From: the human T2T-CHM13v2.0 reference genome, Homo sapiens
NCBI RefSeq assembly: GCF_009914755.1
Contig: NC_060925.1
Length of the DNA stretch: 64,000 bases
Strand: one strand, 5' to 3'
The position numbers and the translations under genes were made by a program. Each line of letters starts with the position of its first letter. The stretch's first letter is position 1. The notes under the pieces are model-generated. The model was not told the origin of the DNA and made no database searches. It worked only from the letters and a program-made list of their open reading frames with translations. Shown one piece after another: positions 18,354 through 32,831 of the stretch.

Positions 18354-18385
<32 letters not shown>
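18354..18385. repeat. (TG)n microsatellite
   Basis: About 16 TG units. Confidence 0.95.
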
Positions 18386-18386
<1 letters not shown>

Positions 18387-18917
18387 CACTAACAATAGGG
18401 AACTCTGCAGCCCCATGGCAGCAACCCCTCCAGGTGCCCTGAACTTTTTTCTGGGCTTCAGGATTGGACCCTGAGGGACTTGAGGTGGTAGAGGTCTATC
18501 CATGTGTCCGTCCCAAACCTGTGGGGCACTGTCAGCCTTTTACAGCTTCTCACCATTTCTCTGCCCACTCCAACCTCATCCTTCCCATCTCACCTTGTCC
18601 AGACCCTCATGGGCTGGAAGGAAGGTGGCAGCCACTGGCTCTGCCACTGCTGCATCCCGCTAGACCACGACTAGACCATGACTCCAGCCTCCTGGCCACC
18701 GCTTTGCCCAGGCTTGATCTCCTGCATGCTGCCACAGAGAGATCCTGTTCCCAATCACAGCTCGCTTCTCTGCTAAAGACCAACAATCCTTCCCCATAAT
18801 CAATGGAGTCCAGTCTCTGGATGTGCCCTTCTCCACCCCCTGCCCCCCGTGCTGTGCCCCCTGGCTGCTAGGGCAGCACCACTTCCTGCCCCTCGCTCTA
18901 CCACTGCTTGGGCTCTG

Positions 18918-19231
18918 CCTTGTAGAACAACAGAAATGTAATGAGAGACACAAATTCAAGGCACATAAGGAATTTTACATCTGTTACAAGTCATATTTTT
19001 AAAAACGGAAAAGAAACAGGTGAAATTAATTCCATAATATTTTTAACCCAATATTTCCAAAATATTACCATTTCAACATATAATCAATATTAAAATTATT
19101 AAGATAACTCACATTTTTTATACCAAATATTTGAAATTCAGTGTATAAACAGCACATCTGAATTCAGACTAGCCATGTTTCAAGGAACCAAAACCACACA
19201 TGATTAGTGGTGACTTTATCAGACAGTACAG
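18918..19231 (-). mobile_element. MER33 hAT-Charlie DNA transposon fossil
   Basis: aaagaaacaggtgaaattaatt...acccaatatttccaaaatatt...acagcacatctgaattcagactagcca matches remembered MER33. Confidence 0.8.
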
Positions 19232-20454
19232 TTCTAGAACCTCCTCTGGCTATTCCAGCCCCTGCCCGCTTCTCCCTTCTCCCTGCAGATGGTTTAGGGT
19301 GCTTTCTGGTTGTTTCTTGTCCGTGAGGGTGATTCAGCCAAGGCCTGGAATCCCAGCCTGTCTGAAGACTTCAGCAAGACCTGGGAAAGTCTTTTCAGGC
19401 CTGTGGGGGCTCCATGGTCAGTATTTATTAAGCTGCATGTATTCAGTTTTAAAGATAGGTCCATATTCTGAGATTAGTTTCTTTCCAACATTGGGTATTA
19501 AAATCTGCCCCCTCACTTTTAAATTTTTTATTTTTGACATAGTGGGAGAGAATTGTGGTTGCTTTTAATGGCAAAATTAAAAGGTGACAACCTTATGAAC
19601 CAGAGATATTACAAAGAAAAATAAAACCCAAATGCTAGCATGTGAAACCCAGAAAGTGGCAACTCCTGGGCCCCACTGGCTGCCACGGCAATTTTCCTAA
19701 AATGAAGATTGGATAATGTTGCTCCTGGAGCTCCACCATTACCTCAGGAGGGTGCAGAGTCAAACACTCATGAGCCTTCAAGATCAAGAGGGCGCTTACC
19801 AGCCATCACATACATAATTCTCCAGGAAGAACGCATTGCCGCACCCCTCCCCCAGCCTCCCCCCCCCCCCGCCGCCCCTGAGGCCAAGCTGCTTCATAAC
19901 TCCCCTGGCTCGTGCCAGCCTCTGCCTCTCAATAGCCAACTCCTCCTCATCCCTGTCCCAGCTGAGCTCCAGGAAGCCTCTCTGACCTCCAATCAGGTTC
20001 GGGCTAGCCCCTTCTTGGGCTTCTGCAGTTGCACGGTTCCCTCTGTCTCACCTGTCATAATTGTCTGCAGCTGGCTCTGCTACCCCACCAGAGTGTGCTC
20101 TGCCCTTGTCCCCAGTGCCTGCGCAGGGATCGCGCCCAGGGAGAGCTCAGTCTTGGTGAGGGTTGCAACAAAGGAAGCAGCAGTCCTCCAGAACCCAGCC
20201 AGGAGGGTGCCTGCTGTACGGAGGCTGGAAACCCGGCTACCAACCTGATCTGCGGGGGCTGTGGCTGGAGGTGCCTCTCCTGGTGGAGCTGTCTCTGGGC
20301 CATTCCCTCACACCAAGGTGGGAGTGCCAGGTGGCACTGGACCTCCCCCAAAGACACTGAAGGGGCTCTTCCCACGTGACCATTAAGGCAGGGACTGGGA
20401 TGCAACAGTGGCAGAGCCGGTGGCTGCCACCTTCCTTTCTCTTTCCCCAGGAAT

Positions 20455-20835
20455 TTTCAATCAGCTGTATTGAGGCATCATTCGCATATAGTAAAATTCA
20501 CTTAACAGAGTTTGAGAAGTTTCGACAAAGTGTTTCCATCACCCCACAAAATTCAGAGCATCTCCATCACCCCCAGATCCCCTCAGGGCCCTTTGTGGTT
20601 GATTCCTTCCCCTGCTCCCCACCCTGGCCACACTGGTCTCTCCATCTCTATCCCTGTGGTTTGTCTCTTTCAGGATGTCATAGACATGGAACCATTACTC
20701 ATGCAGCTTCCAAGCTGGCTTCTTTCACTCGGCACAGTGCTTTTGAGCCTCACTGCTGTGGCGCTTGCGGGAAGCTTCCTCCTTTCCATTGCCAAGCTGT
20801 ATCCCGTTGTAAGGATATACTCAGTTTATCCACCC
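20455..20835 (-). mobile_element. L1M 3'-end fragment
   Basis: cagctgtattgaggcat...agtaaaattcac...catggaaccatt...ggcttctttcactcggcac. Confidence 0.7.
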
Positions 20836-21905
20836 CCAGCGGAGGGACTACCCCTTTCATTTTAAGGGAGGACAATCAGAGGTCCTAAACAACTGTGGAT
20901 AATGTGGTCCTAGGAGAGAAAGAGGTGGCAGGAGCCCCTACCAGAGGGGACAGTCAGGACAGTCTCTAACCAAAGGTTTCTCGAACCAGGTCACTGTCCC
21001 TGCTTCCCAGCAGGGCTATGGAAGTGATTTTCTCCTGGCTGCATTCCCAGATCTATCTGATCAGGAGCCTTCTCCACTCAAAGTCTTTTGAGCAGTGCAT
21101 TCGTTTAATTTTCCCGGTATGGATGTTCTTTTTCTCAATGGGCAGGTATCAAGGGGTCATTCAAAAGCCATATTTATGCTCCTCAATTATGCCTGCCCTT
21201 CCTGAGCCAGGCAGAAGAGGCAGCTACAGGGGTCTCGCCTTTGCCTCAGGGGCGTAGGAACCACATGAATAAGACAAAGGAGCCGGGTCGGGGGAGACAG
21301 AGAGCTGAGGCTGTGGCTCTGGCCAGCTGTGCCTGCAACAAGAGCCTTCACTTCTCAGGGCCCCAGTTCCTAGGGTCTGAGTGAGAGGGACTCTGACAGT
21401 TCTTAAAGAGCTATGGGCAAAGCTAGCTCCCTGAAGACCTGAGTTCAAGTGCCAGCTCTGGACTAACCATGGGGCCCTGGCCAAGTTGTTTAGCTCCTTT
21501 GGACTCAGTTTCCTCATCAAATGTGAGGCCATGCAGATGTTCCTTAGGCAGAAACACCGAGGAGTCCCCCGTACCTTCTACTTGGTCGGGAGGTTATGGA
21601 CCCTGCCCCTTTCTCCTGTTTCTCAACATTATTTAAATGGTCCTGATATGCACCCACCTCCCCCACTCCCAGGCATTGGATGAGCGTCCCCAGGCCTGTA
21701 CCCTTCTAGGGATTAGGGAGCCAATACCCTTCAAGTCCAATGTTTAGATTAATGCTCTGTGAACAAGAATGCCCCCTCTATTGATTTATCCTGCCTGCGT
21801 CTCAACTCCCTTCCCCCTCCCCAGTCCTTCATGTATGACCCTGAGCAAACTACTTCCCCTCTCTATGCTTCAGTTTTCTCATCGGTTAAAAGAGGGGGGC
21901 AATAA

Positions 21906-22280
<375 letters not shown>

Positions 22281-23436
22281 TCAAACAGTGCCTCTCACAG
22301 GGTCAGCACTCAATATGAGCTTGCCGTGATGATGATGAAGATGGGTTTGTCCTGCAGCCCCACAGTATCCAAGGTCGGGCCTGTGCCATCATGCAAATAC
22401 TTACACTGGTGCTCCTGAGCCATGCTGGAAGACTTCCCCCATCCACTGCCTAACTATGCCTCCAGCCCTCACAGTCCAGAGGGGAAGCCTCTGAGAGGCC
22501 TCCTCACATGTATTGCTAGTCTCAGCCTCCACTGGGAATGGTGGAACTTGGTGATGACATCAGCCCCTTGGAAATCCGAAGAGCTTTGTCATGTATTCTA
22601 AAAGTTACAAACTCCACTGACAAAACATGTCCTGAACGTTTTGTGCCTTCGGTGCTGCCTCTCCTTTGTTCTGGGCCAGCACTGGGGCTTCCTTTCTTTT
22701 CAAATGCATATCTGAATTTCCTTTCAAATGTATTCTTTATGATACCATATTTATTGTTACTCCCAGCTTTCAAAATATATATTCAGTGCACTTTTCAAAT
22801 GGTCAAAAGGTGTTTGCTTTTGGTTGAAGGCCTCATTCCTCTGGGCATCGCAAAACAATTTCTGGAAAGCTGGTGAGGAGGGATCTTGAGCTGGACTCGG
22901 GAATAAGAGACCTTGTTAAAGTGCTGTGTTGAGACAAGAGTTTCATAAGTACTCTTGTCCCTGCACCCAGGGGACATCTCATTTTTTCCTGCAACACGCT
23001 TGCAGGAGCCGTGCCTTTGCAGGCAGGATCCCCAGCTGCTAGGTCACGCCCACAGCAGAAGGTCCCAGGGACTGGGAGTAATCGTCAGTTTCCCATCGTT
23101 GCCATCTACGGAGGCTCTGCATTGTCATGAGCACCTCGCAGTTATGACCTCTCACCCTGCAACAGCCCTGAGTCGTGGGGCTTTCTATCCTTATTTCACA
23201 GCAACAGGCCCAAAGGTAAGACATAGTTGCCCAGTTACACCACTGGGAAGGGCGGACAGAGACACAGAGAGACCCTGGGGGAACCTTGGACTCCAGAATC
23301 CTCTGTCATTGAATACATCTGTGTGGGACAGAATGGAGGAAACGTTGCTGCATCTTCCCATCTGCCGCGTGGCTTTCGGTTTTAGTATTTTGTATTTTGG
23401 TATACACTCGGCAACGTTAGTCAACACCTTCATGTG

Positions 23437-24403
23437 TACGGGCAAAGGATTACCCGGGTGCCGAGGCAAGAGACTGAAGGCACAAACTGTTGCAGTATAA
23501 TAAAGAAAATAGTTAGAATAAAGAATAGTTATAATACAAATTAGATATAGAGATAATCATGGGCAATTATCAATCATTAGTATAAACATTATTGATCATT
23601 AGCTTTTAATATTACTCTTTGTTGTGTTACTAATATAACCAAGGAATAACCGGCGGGTATAGGGTCAGGTGCTGAAGGGACATTGTGAGAGTGACCTAGA
23701 AGGCAAGAGGTGAGCCCTCTGTCACGCTTGCATAAGAGCCACTTGAGGGCTCCTTGGTCAAGCGGTAATGCCAGTGCCTGGAAAGGCACCCATTACTTAG
23801 CAGACCATGAAAGGGAGTCTCCTTTCCTTGGACGAGTCAGGGAACACTCCGCTCCACCAGCTTCTTGTGGAAGGCTGGATATTATCCAGGCCTGCCCGCA
23901 GTCATCTGGAGGCCTAAACCCCTCCCTGTGGTGCTGTGCTTCAATGGTCACGCTCCTTATTCACCTTCATGTTCCTCCCATACTCCTGGTTCCTCCTTGA
24001 AGTTCTTAGTAGATAGTGGTAGAAGAAATAGTGAAAGTCTTAAAGTCTTTGATCTTTTCTTACGAGTGCATAGAAGAAAACGCTGACATATGCTGCCTTA
24101 CCTCTCTGCTTCGGCTACCTAAAAGGGAAGGGCCCCCTGTCCTATGATCACGTGACTTGCTTGACCTTATCAATCACTTGGACAACTTACTCTCCTTACC
24201 CTGCCCCCTTGTCTGGTATGCAATAAATATCAGCACGCCCAGTCATTCAGGGCCACTACCAGTCTCCACATCTTGGTGGTAGTGGTCCCCTGAGCCCAGC
24301 TGTTTTCTCTTTATCTCTTTGTCTTATGTCTTTATTTCTTACCATCTCTCGTCTCGGCACATGGGGAGAGCACCCGCTAAGCCCCATAGGGCTGGACCCT
24401 ACA
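23437..24403 (+). mobile_element. Solo LTR13 (class II / ERVK-group LTR)
   Basis: ggattacccgggtgccgaggcaagagactgaaggcacaaactg start, gggctggaccctaca end, aataaa near 24222, perfect 6-bp TSD CATGTG. Confidence 0.9.
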
Positions 24404-24409
24404 CATGTG

Positions 24410-24840
24410 TAAACTTCCTTGATCTTTTCAGCGTGTGATTTGGTGTTTGGTTATGTGCATACCCTCCCTGAATCCATCACCACCATCAAGAGCGTGGGCG
24501 TATCTATCATCCCCCAAAGCTTCCTCTTGGCCCCACCTTGGCACCCCACCCCGAAACCCCACCCCCTCCTCCAGGCTACCATTGATCTGCTTCCGGTCAC
24601 TACAGATTAGTTTGCACTTTCTAGAGTTTCATATATACTCTTGTTTGGTGTGGCTTCTGTCATGCAGAATAATTATTTTGAGATTCAGCTGTGGTATTAT
24701 ATCAATGGTTCATTTCTTGGAATCTTCCTTGAGTTCTTATAATAAGCTCTACTTGGTTATGGCCTAGTATTCTTTTAATACACTGGTAGATTTGGTTTGC
24801 TAATAGTTTATTTAGGACTTATGCATTATATTCCACAAAG
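24410..24840 (-). mobile_element. L1ME-type fragment (interrupted by LTR13)
   Basis: ccattgatctgcttccggtcactacagattagtttgcactttctagagtttcatata; tagatttggtttgctaata. Confidence 0.65.
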
Positions 24841-25553
24841 AGGGTGATAAACCAAAAATTGGGCCCGGAATAGACCAACCAGATAGCAAAGAGCAGCCTA
24901 GCAAAAACATGGAGGAGGCTCCTGTTACCAGAAGGACCAGCAGACACAGAGCAGGCAGACTCAGGCTGAATTAACTGACCCCTCTCAGCCGGGCCTTCCT
25001 TAGAAGAAGAAAATAGTGTTTTGTTTTGTTTTTTAACTTTATTAATTCCAGAGCGTTAGAATTCAAAAGAGTGAAAAGCCAAATACTATTGTAAAATGCT
25101 TGGAAAAACACAGACCCACTCTACTGGGAAAGAAAGCCGTGGTGTGGTCACCAGAGCAAAGCCAAGACTCAGGACATTTCTAACAGCCGAGAAACACTCT
25201 TCCCGGTCGTCGCCTCTGAGAAACCACGGTGTCCTCTGGGCACCTCAGAGCGGAGGGACAGACAGGAGAGGAGCCTGGGTGAGGGGAAGGGGAGAAGCAA
25301 GGAAGAAAGAAGAGGAGAGAGGCAGAGCTGAGAGACAAAAATGGGGGAGGACAAGAGAGGGGAAGGAGGAGAAGAAGAAAAGAGACACAAAGAGGGAGAG
25401 AAGAGGGAGCAGGGAGAGAGAATGATGTTAGTCATTCAAAACAGCTGCAAATCCGGGGAAGCTGGTTAGCTCACTTCCTGAAGCCATGAGCAAAATAATG
25501 ATATCTGAGGAGCTGTGAGGGTGTAGGGGCAGTGGCATGAGGAGAAGGGGTTC

Positions 25554-26024
25554 ACTGTAGGCTGAATTGGGTCCCCCCAAAGGATATGCTGAGGTCCCAA
25601 CCCCCAGTGACCGTGAATGTGACTTTATTTGGGAGTCGGGTCTTTGCAGAGGTAATGAAGTTAAGTGAGGTCACACTGGAATAGGGTGGACCTTGTAATA
25701 AGAGGGAAGTTTAGACACGACACAGAGGAAGACACTGCGTGAAGGTGCGGGGTACACAGACAGGGGAGAACACCATCTTGAAGACAGAGGCAGGGACTAA
25801 GAGCCATGTGCCTACAGCCCAGGAATGCTGAGGACTGCCAGCCACTGACAAAAGCTAGAAGAGGCAAGGAAGGAACCTCTTCTAGAGTCTTCCGAGAGTG
25901 TGGCCCTGACAGCACCTTGATTTCAGGCTTGCAGCCTCCAGAACTATGAGAACATCCATTTCTGTTGTTGAAAGCCTCCCAGTCTGTGGTGATTTCTTAT
26001 GGCACCCCCTAGAAAATGAATTCA
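25554..26024 (+). mobile_element. MaLR solo LTR (MLT1C-like)
   Basis: ggctgaattgggtccccccaaaggatatg...ccttgatttcaggcttgcagcctccagaactatgaga. Confidence 0.85.
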
Positions 26025-26052
26025 ACGTCCCATCAGTGCATCCACAGCCCCC

Positions 26053-26442
26053 TGTGAGGGGCTTATCTGGGCCACCTAAAACTCACATGTTGAAATCCTA
26101 ACACCCAGTAGCTCAGAATGTGACTATACATAGAGACAAAGTCTTTAAAGAGGTAATTAAATTAAAATGAGGTTATTAGGAGGGGCCCTAATCCAATATG
26201 ACTGGTGTCTTTATAAAAAGAGGAAATGTGGACACAGGCACGCCCAGGGGGAAGCCCATGTGTAGACACGGGAAGAAGACAGTCATGTATGAGCCCAGGA
26301 GAGGGGCCACAGAAGAAACCAACCCTGCCAACACCTTGATCTCAGACTTCCAGCCTTCAGAATTGTGAGAAAATAATGTCTGTTGTTTAAGCCGCAGTCT
26401 TAATGGTGGGATTTCGTTATGACAGCCCAGCAAACTAATCTA
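26053..26442 (+). mobile_element. MaLR solo LTR (MLT1B-like)
   Basis: catgttgaaatcctaacacccag...cctaatccaatatgactggtgtc...gacagcccagcaaactaat. Confidence 0.85.
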
Positions 26443-26808
26443 CCCCAAGCCCTGATGGGTGGGAAGGCAACTGGAGACTCCTCTGCCTGCACCTTTGGGC
26501 TGGCAGCACTGGCTGCCAGGAGCTGGCTCAAGGATGGGGTGGACGGGAGTCAGCACACTAAACCATGAGCCCCCACCTGGCACCTGCCCAGCCTTTGCAG
26601 GAGCATGGTTCTTACCCAGTCTCCCATTGCAGAGGCACCTCTGAACGTCCTGCTTCCCCAGGCCACTCCTATGTGAGGCTCCCTTGTGGGTACCTTGGCC
26701 TGGGGCCTTCCGCCTGTGCCTGGACTTTCCCATGTACGCCCTTGGACATGCCTGGCCACAAGCACCACGTGGGGGCTGGAGCTGGGCCTCTACGAAGGGT
26801 AATCATGT

Positions 26809-27844
26809 TGATAGCAGCCAGAAACAGATGGGTTCCTAGGCAGACAGGATGGGTCCCCGGTGAAACCTGACCTTCAAGACAAAGACAGCTTAAAGCCTGA
26901 AAACTAGGCTGTCAGTTCCAGGCAGAGTCCACAACCCAGAGTGAGAACTTCCTTGATGCCTTTTAGTCAATCCAATGGTGCTTCTTCCAGGCCCACCCAT
27001 GGATCAATCAGGAGGCTCTCCCCCTATTCTGAGCGCATTAAAACTCCCGACTCAGCCACACCTTGGGACTACCCACCTTCAGGTAGGGGCTACCCACTTC
27101 AGGTCCCCTCCAGTGTTGAGAACTGTTCTGTCACTCAATAAAACTCTTCTCCACCTTGCTCACTCTCTAGTTGTCTACATAACCCTCACTCTTCTTGGAC
27201 ATGGGACAGAAACCCAGGACCCACTGAACGGGGGTGGGAAATGAGCTGTAACACTCTGCTGGCTTGGGGTGGCTTCCCCACATGATGGAAGCAGCAGCTG
27301 GGCCAGGCCAGCCCAGGAGCCCTGGGCCAGAATGGGGCAAAGGGACTGAATAAGCTGTGACATGCCATTGTTTGCCAAAGCATGCAGATGGCAGGAACAA
27401 GCAAGCTGTAACACAAATGAGCCATAACATACCCCCTGTTACATGCCCCTCGTAGCAACCCCCCATACCATTCACTGCACTGCAGGGGTGGGAAGGAGAG
27501 AGAACTGTAACAGCTCTTGGGGGTTCAGGCCTCCGGACTCTCCAGGTAAAAGCCATATCCCTTGGGACTCCGTGTTGCTGACGTCTGAGAGTTTTCGGGC
27601 ACTACTGTATCCCCCTTGCCTAGATGCTGGCCCCAAGGCGGAAGCTGTTCAAGGTGGCAAGCTGGGACCAGTTGTGGGCAGAGCACAGAGCCGGGGGTGT
27701 GGGGTCTGGGTCAGTAGCTGGAGCTGAGCGGGGCCCACTGGACCGAATGGGTGGAGGGAGTCCAGCAGCCAGCCCAGAGCCCAGTGAAGCCCAGCAGAGG
27801 TGCCACTGACCACAGAGGTTTCCAGCTGGAAGAATCCTGTGTCA
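26809..27844 (+). mobile_element. ERV1 solo LTR (LTR27/LTR28 group)
   Basis: TG...CA ends; gggtccccggtgaaacctgaccttcaag; aataaa near 27137; near 4-bp TSD atgt/gtgt. Confidence 0.75.
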
Positions 27845-28748
27845 GTGTGACACACTGGGCCTTCCACACCTGGGCAAGGGGTTTTCATGCTTCACTTCTG
27901 CCCCTAACCCTTCATTTTCTGCCCAGTCTGGGAGTTCACCTTTCAGAGCTGCCTTCTTTTGAGTGGAGCCATATTCCTGAGAAGCATGTCAGAGCAGAAA
28001 GATTCAGCCTTCTTGTCTTTTTTGGTTTTGCTTTCTTTTAACACATGAGGAAACTAAAGCCCAGAGAGGGAAAGGGACCTGTCCCAGGCCACACAGCTAT
28101 TTGGGGATCAAATTAAATCCAGAACACCAGGCCAGTAAGGCCAGACGAGCCCTCAGCATGCTCAGCACAAGCACCTGGCAAGTTCTTGTACAATCCCGTT
28201 AGGTCACTGTTATTTCTGCCTAACATTTACATTAACATTTGGGGTGAGCCACAGAGAGCTTTTTCAAATTTTAAAAGCACTTCAATATCTTATTTATTAC
28301 AGCAAAATCTGGTTTAAGTCACTGTTCATAAAACTGTGATTTAACGAAGAGCTTTTATTACAAAAATAAATTTCAGTAATAACTGCTCAACCAGACACTT
28401 TGCAATTAAAAATAAAACTGCACAGTAAAGAGAAATGCAATTCACAATAAACTAAGTTGTTCTTTCTCTCCCCACTCCACCTGCCTGGGCTCCACAATAT
28501 TGCTACTGGATTTCAAACCATTTGCTGGCATTAGTCTGTTTAGTACAGCTCAGTTCTCCAAATAATAGGACAATTTCATATTTTTAGCTCAGGATTAATG
28601 CCCTAAGAGATAGTCACATGTCCTTTCAGTTCTTAGCTACAAACTCTACCAAGATTCGGCCACTCTAGTGTGTCTGTTTGCTTAATGTGATCTTGAATTT
28701 TGATCTTGTCACAATCTACAATGAAAGCTCAGAGGGAAAGAACCTCAT

Positions 28749-29132
28749 TGTATTAGATCAGACTGTCATAACAAAATAGCATAGACTGGGTGGCTTAAAC
28801 AACAGACATTTATTTTCTTGCATTTCAGGAGGCTGAGAGTTTGAGATCAGGGTGCCAGCATGGTTGAGTTCTGCTGAGGGCTTTCTTATGGATTGTGGAC
28901 CGCCACCTTCTTGCTGTGTCCTCACTGGCAGAGCGAGAGAGTGAGAGAGAGCGAGCGAAAGAGAGCTCTGGTGTCTCTTCTCATAAGGGCGCCAATCTCA
29001 CTGTGAGGGCCTTACGCTAAGGACCTCATCTAATTCTGAGAACTTCCCAAAGGCCCCGTCTCCAAATACCATCACGTTGGGAGTGAGGGCTTCAACATAT
29101 GAGTGGGGAGGACGTAATTCAGTTCATACCAC
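28749..29132 (-). mobile_element. MaLR solo LTR (MLT1A0-like)
   Basis: ataacaaaatagcatagactgggtggcttaaacaacagacatttatt...cccaaaggccccgtctccaaatacc. Confidence 0.85.
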
Positions 29133-30142
29133 CCATCTACCTAAAGCAACTGGCTGGTTACTTGCACAGTGCTCATGAACAATTTTGCACTTAGGATCAT
29201 ACTAGTGGAAATAATTTTTCCTCTTGCATGTCTCCAAGAAAATATTTTTTCTCCAAGCAATGTCCCCTTTGGTGTGCTGGTGAGGACCGTTGAAAAGGAG
29301 TAAAGTGTGTTTAAATATCATTCATTCAAAGTAAATGGAAGGGTTAATTGCTGTTCACAGTTCTGGAACTGCTTTCTTCACCTGCAGAGCCTCTGAACTA
29401 GTAGGAGATTGCAGGGATCGCTGATGATTTCCACCTGGTTATTACTCTATTCATTCCTGCTCCTCTAACCTTTCTGTAGTTTATGGGTGAAATAGCTCTT
29501 GTAGTGAAGAAAGTCAGCAAATGCTTTTGATCATAAGTACAGATAATACACATCCCACGGACTCTGTTTTGTGGGATTTTTCTATACATGTTGACATAGC
29601 TAATCTTTGCTTCTGCAGCATGTACATAAATATTATACAAGATGACTGGCATATGGTACTGTTATGTGTCTTTTAAGAAAATCTCCAACTGAATCCAATA
29701 TTTCCCATGTGGCACCTGATACACTGTGGGCGTGGGATATTTATAGAGCAGTAATAATGGTATTTGAAAACACTGTGATGTCTAAAGCCTCCATTTCCCT
29801 GAAAATTTTGTCTAGAAGGCTGCATTTCTCAGGCATAAGCTCTTGCCAGCCATTCACGGTGATTACGGGAAGGTTAAGCATTGTTGGGACTCACAAAACA
29901 GCTGTGTTAAGCATTACTACCTCTGAACGCTTCAGGAGGAAAGCCACATTCTCCTGTGGAAGGAAATAGTTGCAGGTAAGGACTTATCGCCTAACCTGGC
30001 CTTCTAATGCTAGTCTTTTGCCCTTCAATAGAATTAGGTTTTCTGAGCATTTCTCCTTAATGACCTTAGTCGTGCCTCAGGCTACATATGGCAGTTTATG
30101 AAATTGTAGAGTCAACGAATCTTAGAATCAGAGGACTTGTGA

Positions 30143-30435
<293 letters not shown>

Positions 30436-30619
30436 CATCCCTTTTTTAAAAAGTGAGGACCCCAGTGAGGACATTAGTTTGGTGACAGAGGTGGGACTGA
30501 GGTCTTTTTGTTTTTATCTTGGGGCTCACTCCATTGCACCTGGCTTGTTTCTGTAGCTAATGTAATCCAGCCCTATTCTATTTAATTTACTGTATGTTAC
30601 TAAAAAGCCCACCTGAGTG

Positions 30620-30850
30620 ATAGCTCCCACTTTTATGTGTCTACTACATGCAGGGCCTCTACCAGGTCCCATTGCATCATGTCATTTAATTTATACCAGA
30701 ACCTTATGAGGTAGGCATTACCATCTCCATTTTACACATGGGGAAACTAAGGCTCAGAGAGGTTGAGTGTCTTGCCCAAAATCCATCACTAATAATTGGC
30801 CAAGTCAGGGCCTGAACCTGGGACTATCTGACCCTGCAGTCCACGCTCCT
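30620..30850 (-). mobile_element. MIR SINE
   Basis: ccattttacacatggggaaactaaggctcagagaggttgagtgtcttgccca. Confidence 0.8.
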
Positions 30851-30989
30851 GCCATCAGAGTTGGAGACAAGATGAAGCTGGAGACAGTCCTTCTGCATGA
30901 GCAGGAAACGTTATTTTACTGGCCAGGCCAGAGGTATGGACATTGGATATACATCTTACAGCCTGAGTTCCATCACAAGTTAGCCACTG

Positions 30990-31720
30990 ACCACTCACCA
31001 AGTGCCAGGCTTAGGGGACCCAGAGGTGAATGGGGCACAGCTCCTGACTTGGAGGAACACTCTGGCTATGTGGAAGACAGATGTGTAAACAGATGACAAT
31101 AGCACCTTGTGATCCAGGCTAGACAGAAGAATTGTCAGGGGCTATATAACCTTAACCCTAGAGGCTGGGGATAGCCCCAGGAGGTGCTGATGCATGAGCC
31201 GGGTCTGGAAGGATGGAGAGGAGTGGGTCAGCTGAAGAGGGGGCTTGGAGGGGAGGAAGGTCTTCCAGGCAGAGGAACCTGCATGTTTCATGGCAGAGAA
31301 TTAGGAGAGGGCCGAGGGAAGCTGGAGGGGTGAGAGTGGGGAGGACCTAAGTCAGAGTGGTCATGGAGACCAGATGACAGAGGGCCATGGGTGTACTGCT
31401 AAAGTCAGGGGCAGACCCCACTCAGGAGGCTAGGGGAGTCCTGAGGGTCTTGGGTAAGGATGATTGTCTGACCTTGGACAGATATGCAATCCAGCCTAGA
31501 GGGAGGACTGGGGGAGGAGGCCAGGCTGGGGGCAGGGTGCCTGAACCAAGGTGAGGATGGCCATGGGAAGAGAGAAGGAATCCTGTGCAGAAGAGGGAAT
31601 AGACAGCCTGTGGGGAGGGAGGGGGAACCAAGGATGACTCCCAGGTCTCAAATCGGCACAGGAAGGTGGTTTGTGGTGCCAGCAGCTTAGCCTGGGAACA
31701 CAGCGGAGAAACAGCTGAGC
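30990..31720 (-). mobile_element. L2 LINE fragments
   Basis: ttccaggcagaggaacctgcatg; ccaaggatgactcccaggtctc motifs. Confidence 0.6.
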
Positions 31721-31807
31721 AGTGGTAGAGATTCCCCAGGGAAGGCTAGAGAGGATGAGGATGGGGAGACTGAGGCTGGACCCCCTGCCAGTGCCTGGCA
31801 GGAAAGG

Positions 31808-32210
31808 TGATATAGTTTGGAAATCCGTCCCCTCCAAATCTCCTGTGGAAATTTGATGCCCAGTATTGGAGGTGGGGCCTGGCGGCAGGAGTTTGGGTTA
31901 TCGGAGTGGATCCCTCTTGAATCGCTTTGCAGTGTCCTTGCTGTAATGAATGAGTGCTCGCTGTATGAGTTTACCTGGAGGTCTGGTTGTTTAAAAGATC
32001 CCTTCTCTGTTTCCTTCTCTCTAACCAGGTGATACCTGCTCCCTTCACCTTCTGCTGTGAGTGGAAGCTCCCTGAAGCTCTCACCAGAAGCAGATGCTGG
32101 CACCATGCTTCTTGTACAGCTTGAGGAACCATGAGTTAAATAAACCTCTTTTCTTTATAAATCACCCAGCCTTGACTATTCCTTCATAGAAATGGAAGCA
32201 GACTAAGACA
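31808..32210 (+). mobile_element. MaLR solo LTR (MSTB-like)
   Basis: tgatatagtttgga...aataaacctcttttctttataaatcacccagcc...gactaagaca. Confidence 0.9.
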
Positions 32211-32831
32211 GAGGGAGATAGAGATGGTGTAGGTGCAGAAGAGAAGCTGGGAGAGCAAGGTGGGGAGGAGGAATGCATCTCTGTAGTCCCCATGGAGTGA
32301 GGGCCAAAGTCACTTGCTGAGGGGAGTGGGCAGGGGTTTGAGAGGGGAGTGAGGGTTGAATGGAGGTTGGGTGGAACAGGGAGATGACAGTTCTGAACAG
32401 TCTGGCAGTGCTGAGAACCCAGTGGCACTCAGTAGCCTGGGTAGGCATGGAGAAGGTGAGGCCATCAGACTGTCCCTGGGTAGGGTTTGCTGGGTGGGTG
32501 AGAGGCAAAACTGGGGCAGTGTCGGGGCGGAGTCTGGGCCCATGAGGAAAGGAGGGTGGGAGGCAGGACAGACTCACAGGCTATAAATTTTGCAGAATCT
32601 GAAGAAAGTCACAAATGAGACTCATCCCTTAAGTCTCCAGACAGTAACTATGGTGCCAGGATGACTCAGGCCCAATCTTTTCGGGGCTTCCCAGTCAACA
32701 GTAGCCTGACCCTAAAAGAGCTGCTCTAAGCATGGGCCCTGTACAGGGAACTGTGGAACAGTGGGCCTGTGAGGCAAGGTCCCTGGCCTGCACTACCCAC
32801 CTGCCTTCCCGGGCAAGGCTGATGTGCTGCT

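Noticed and set aside
19709-20888. 170-179-aa ORFs
   Set aside because: Non-ATG or weak starts, low-complexity or L1-antisense content, and no recognisable domain.
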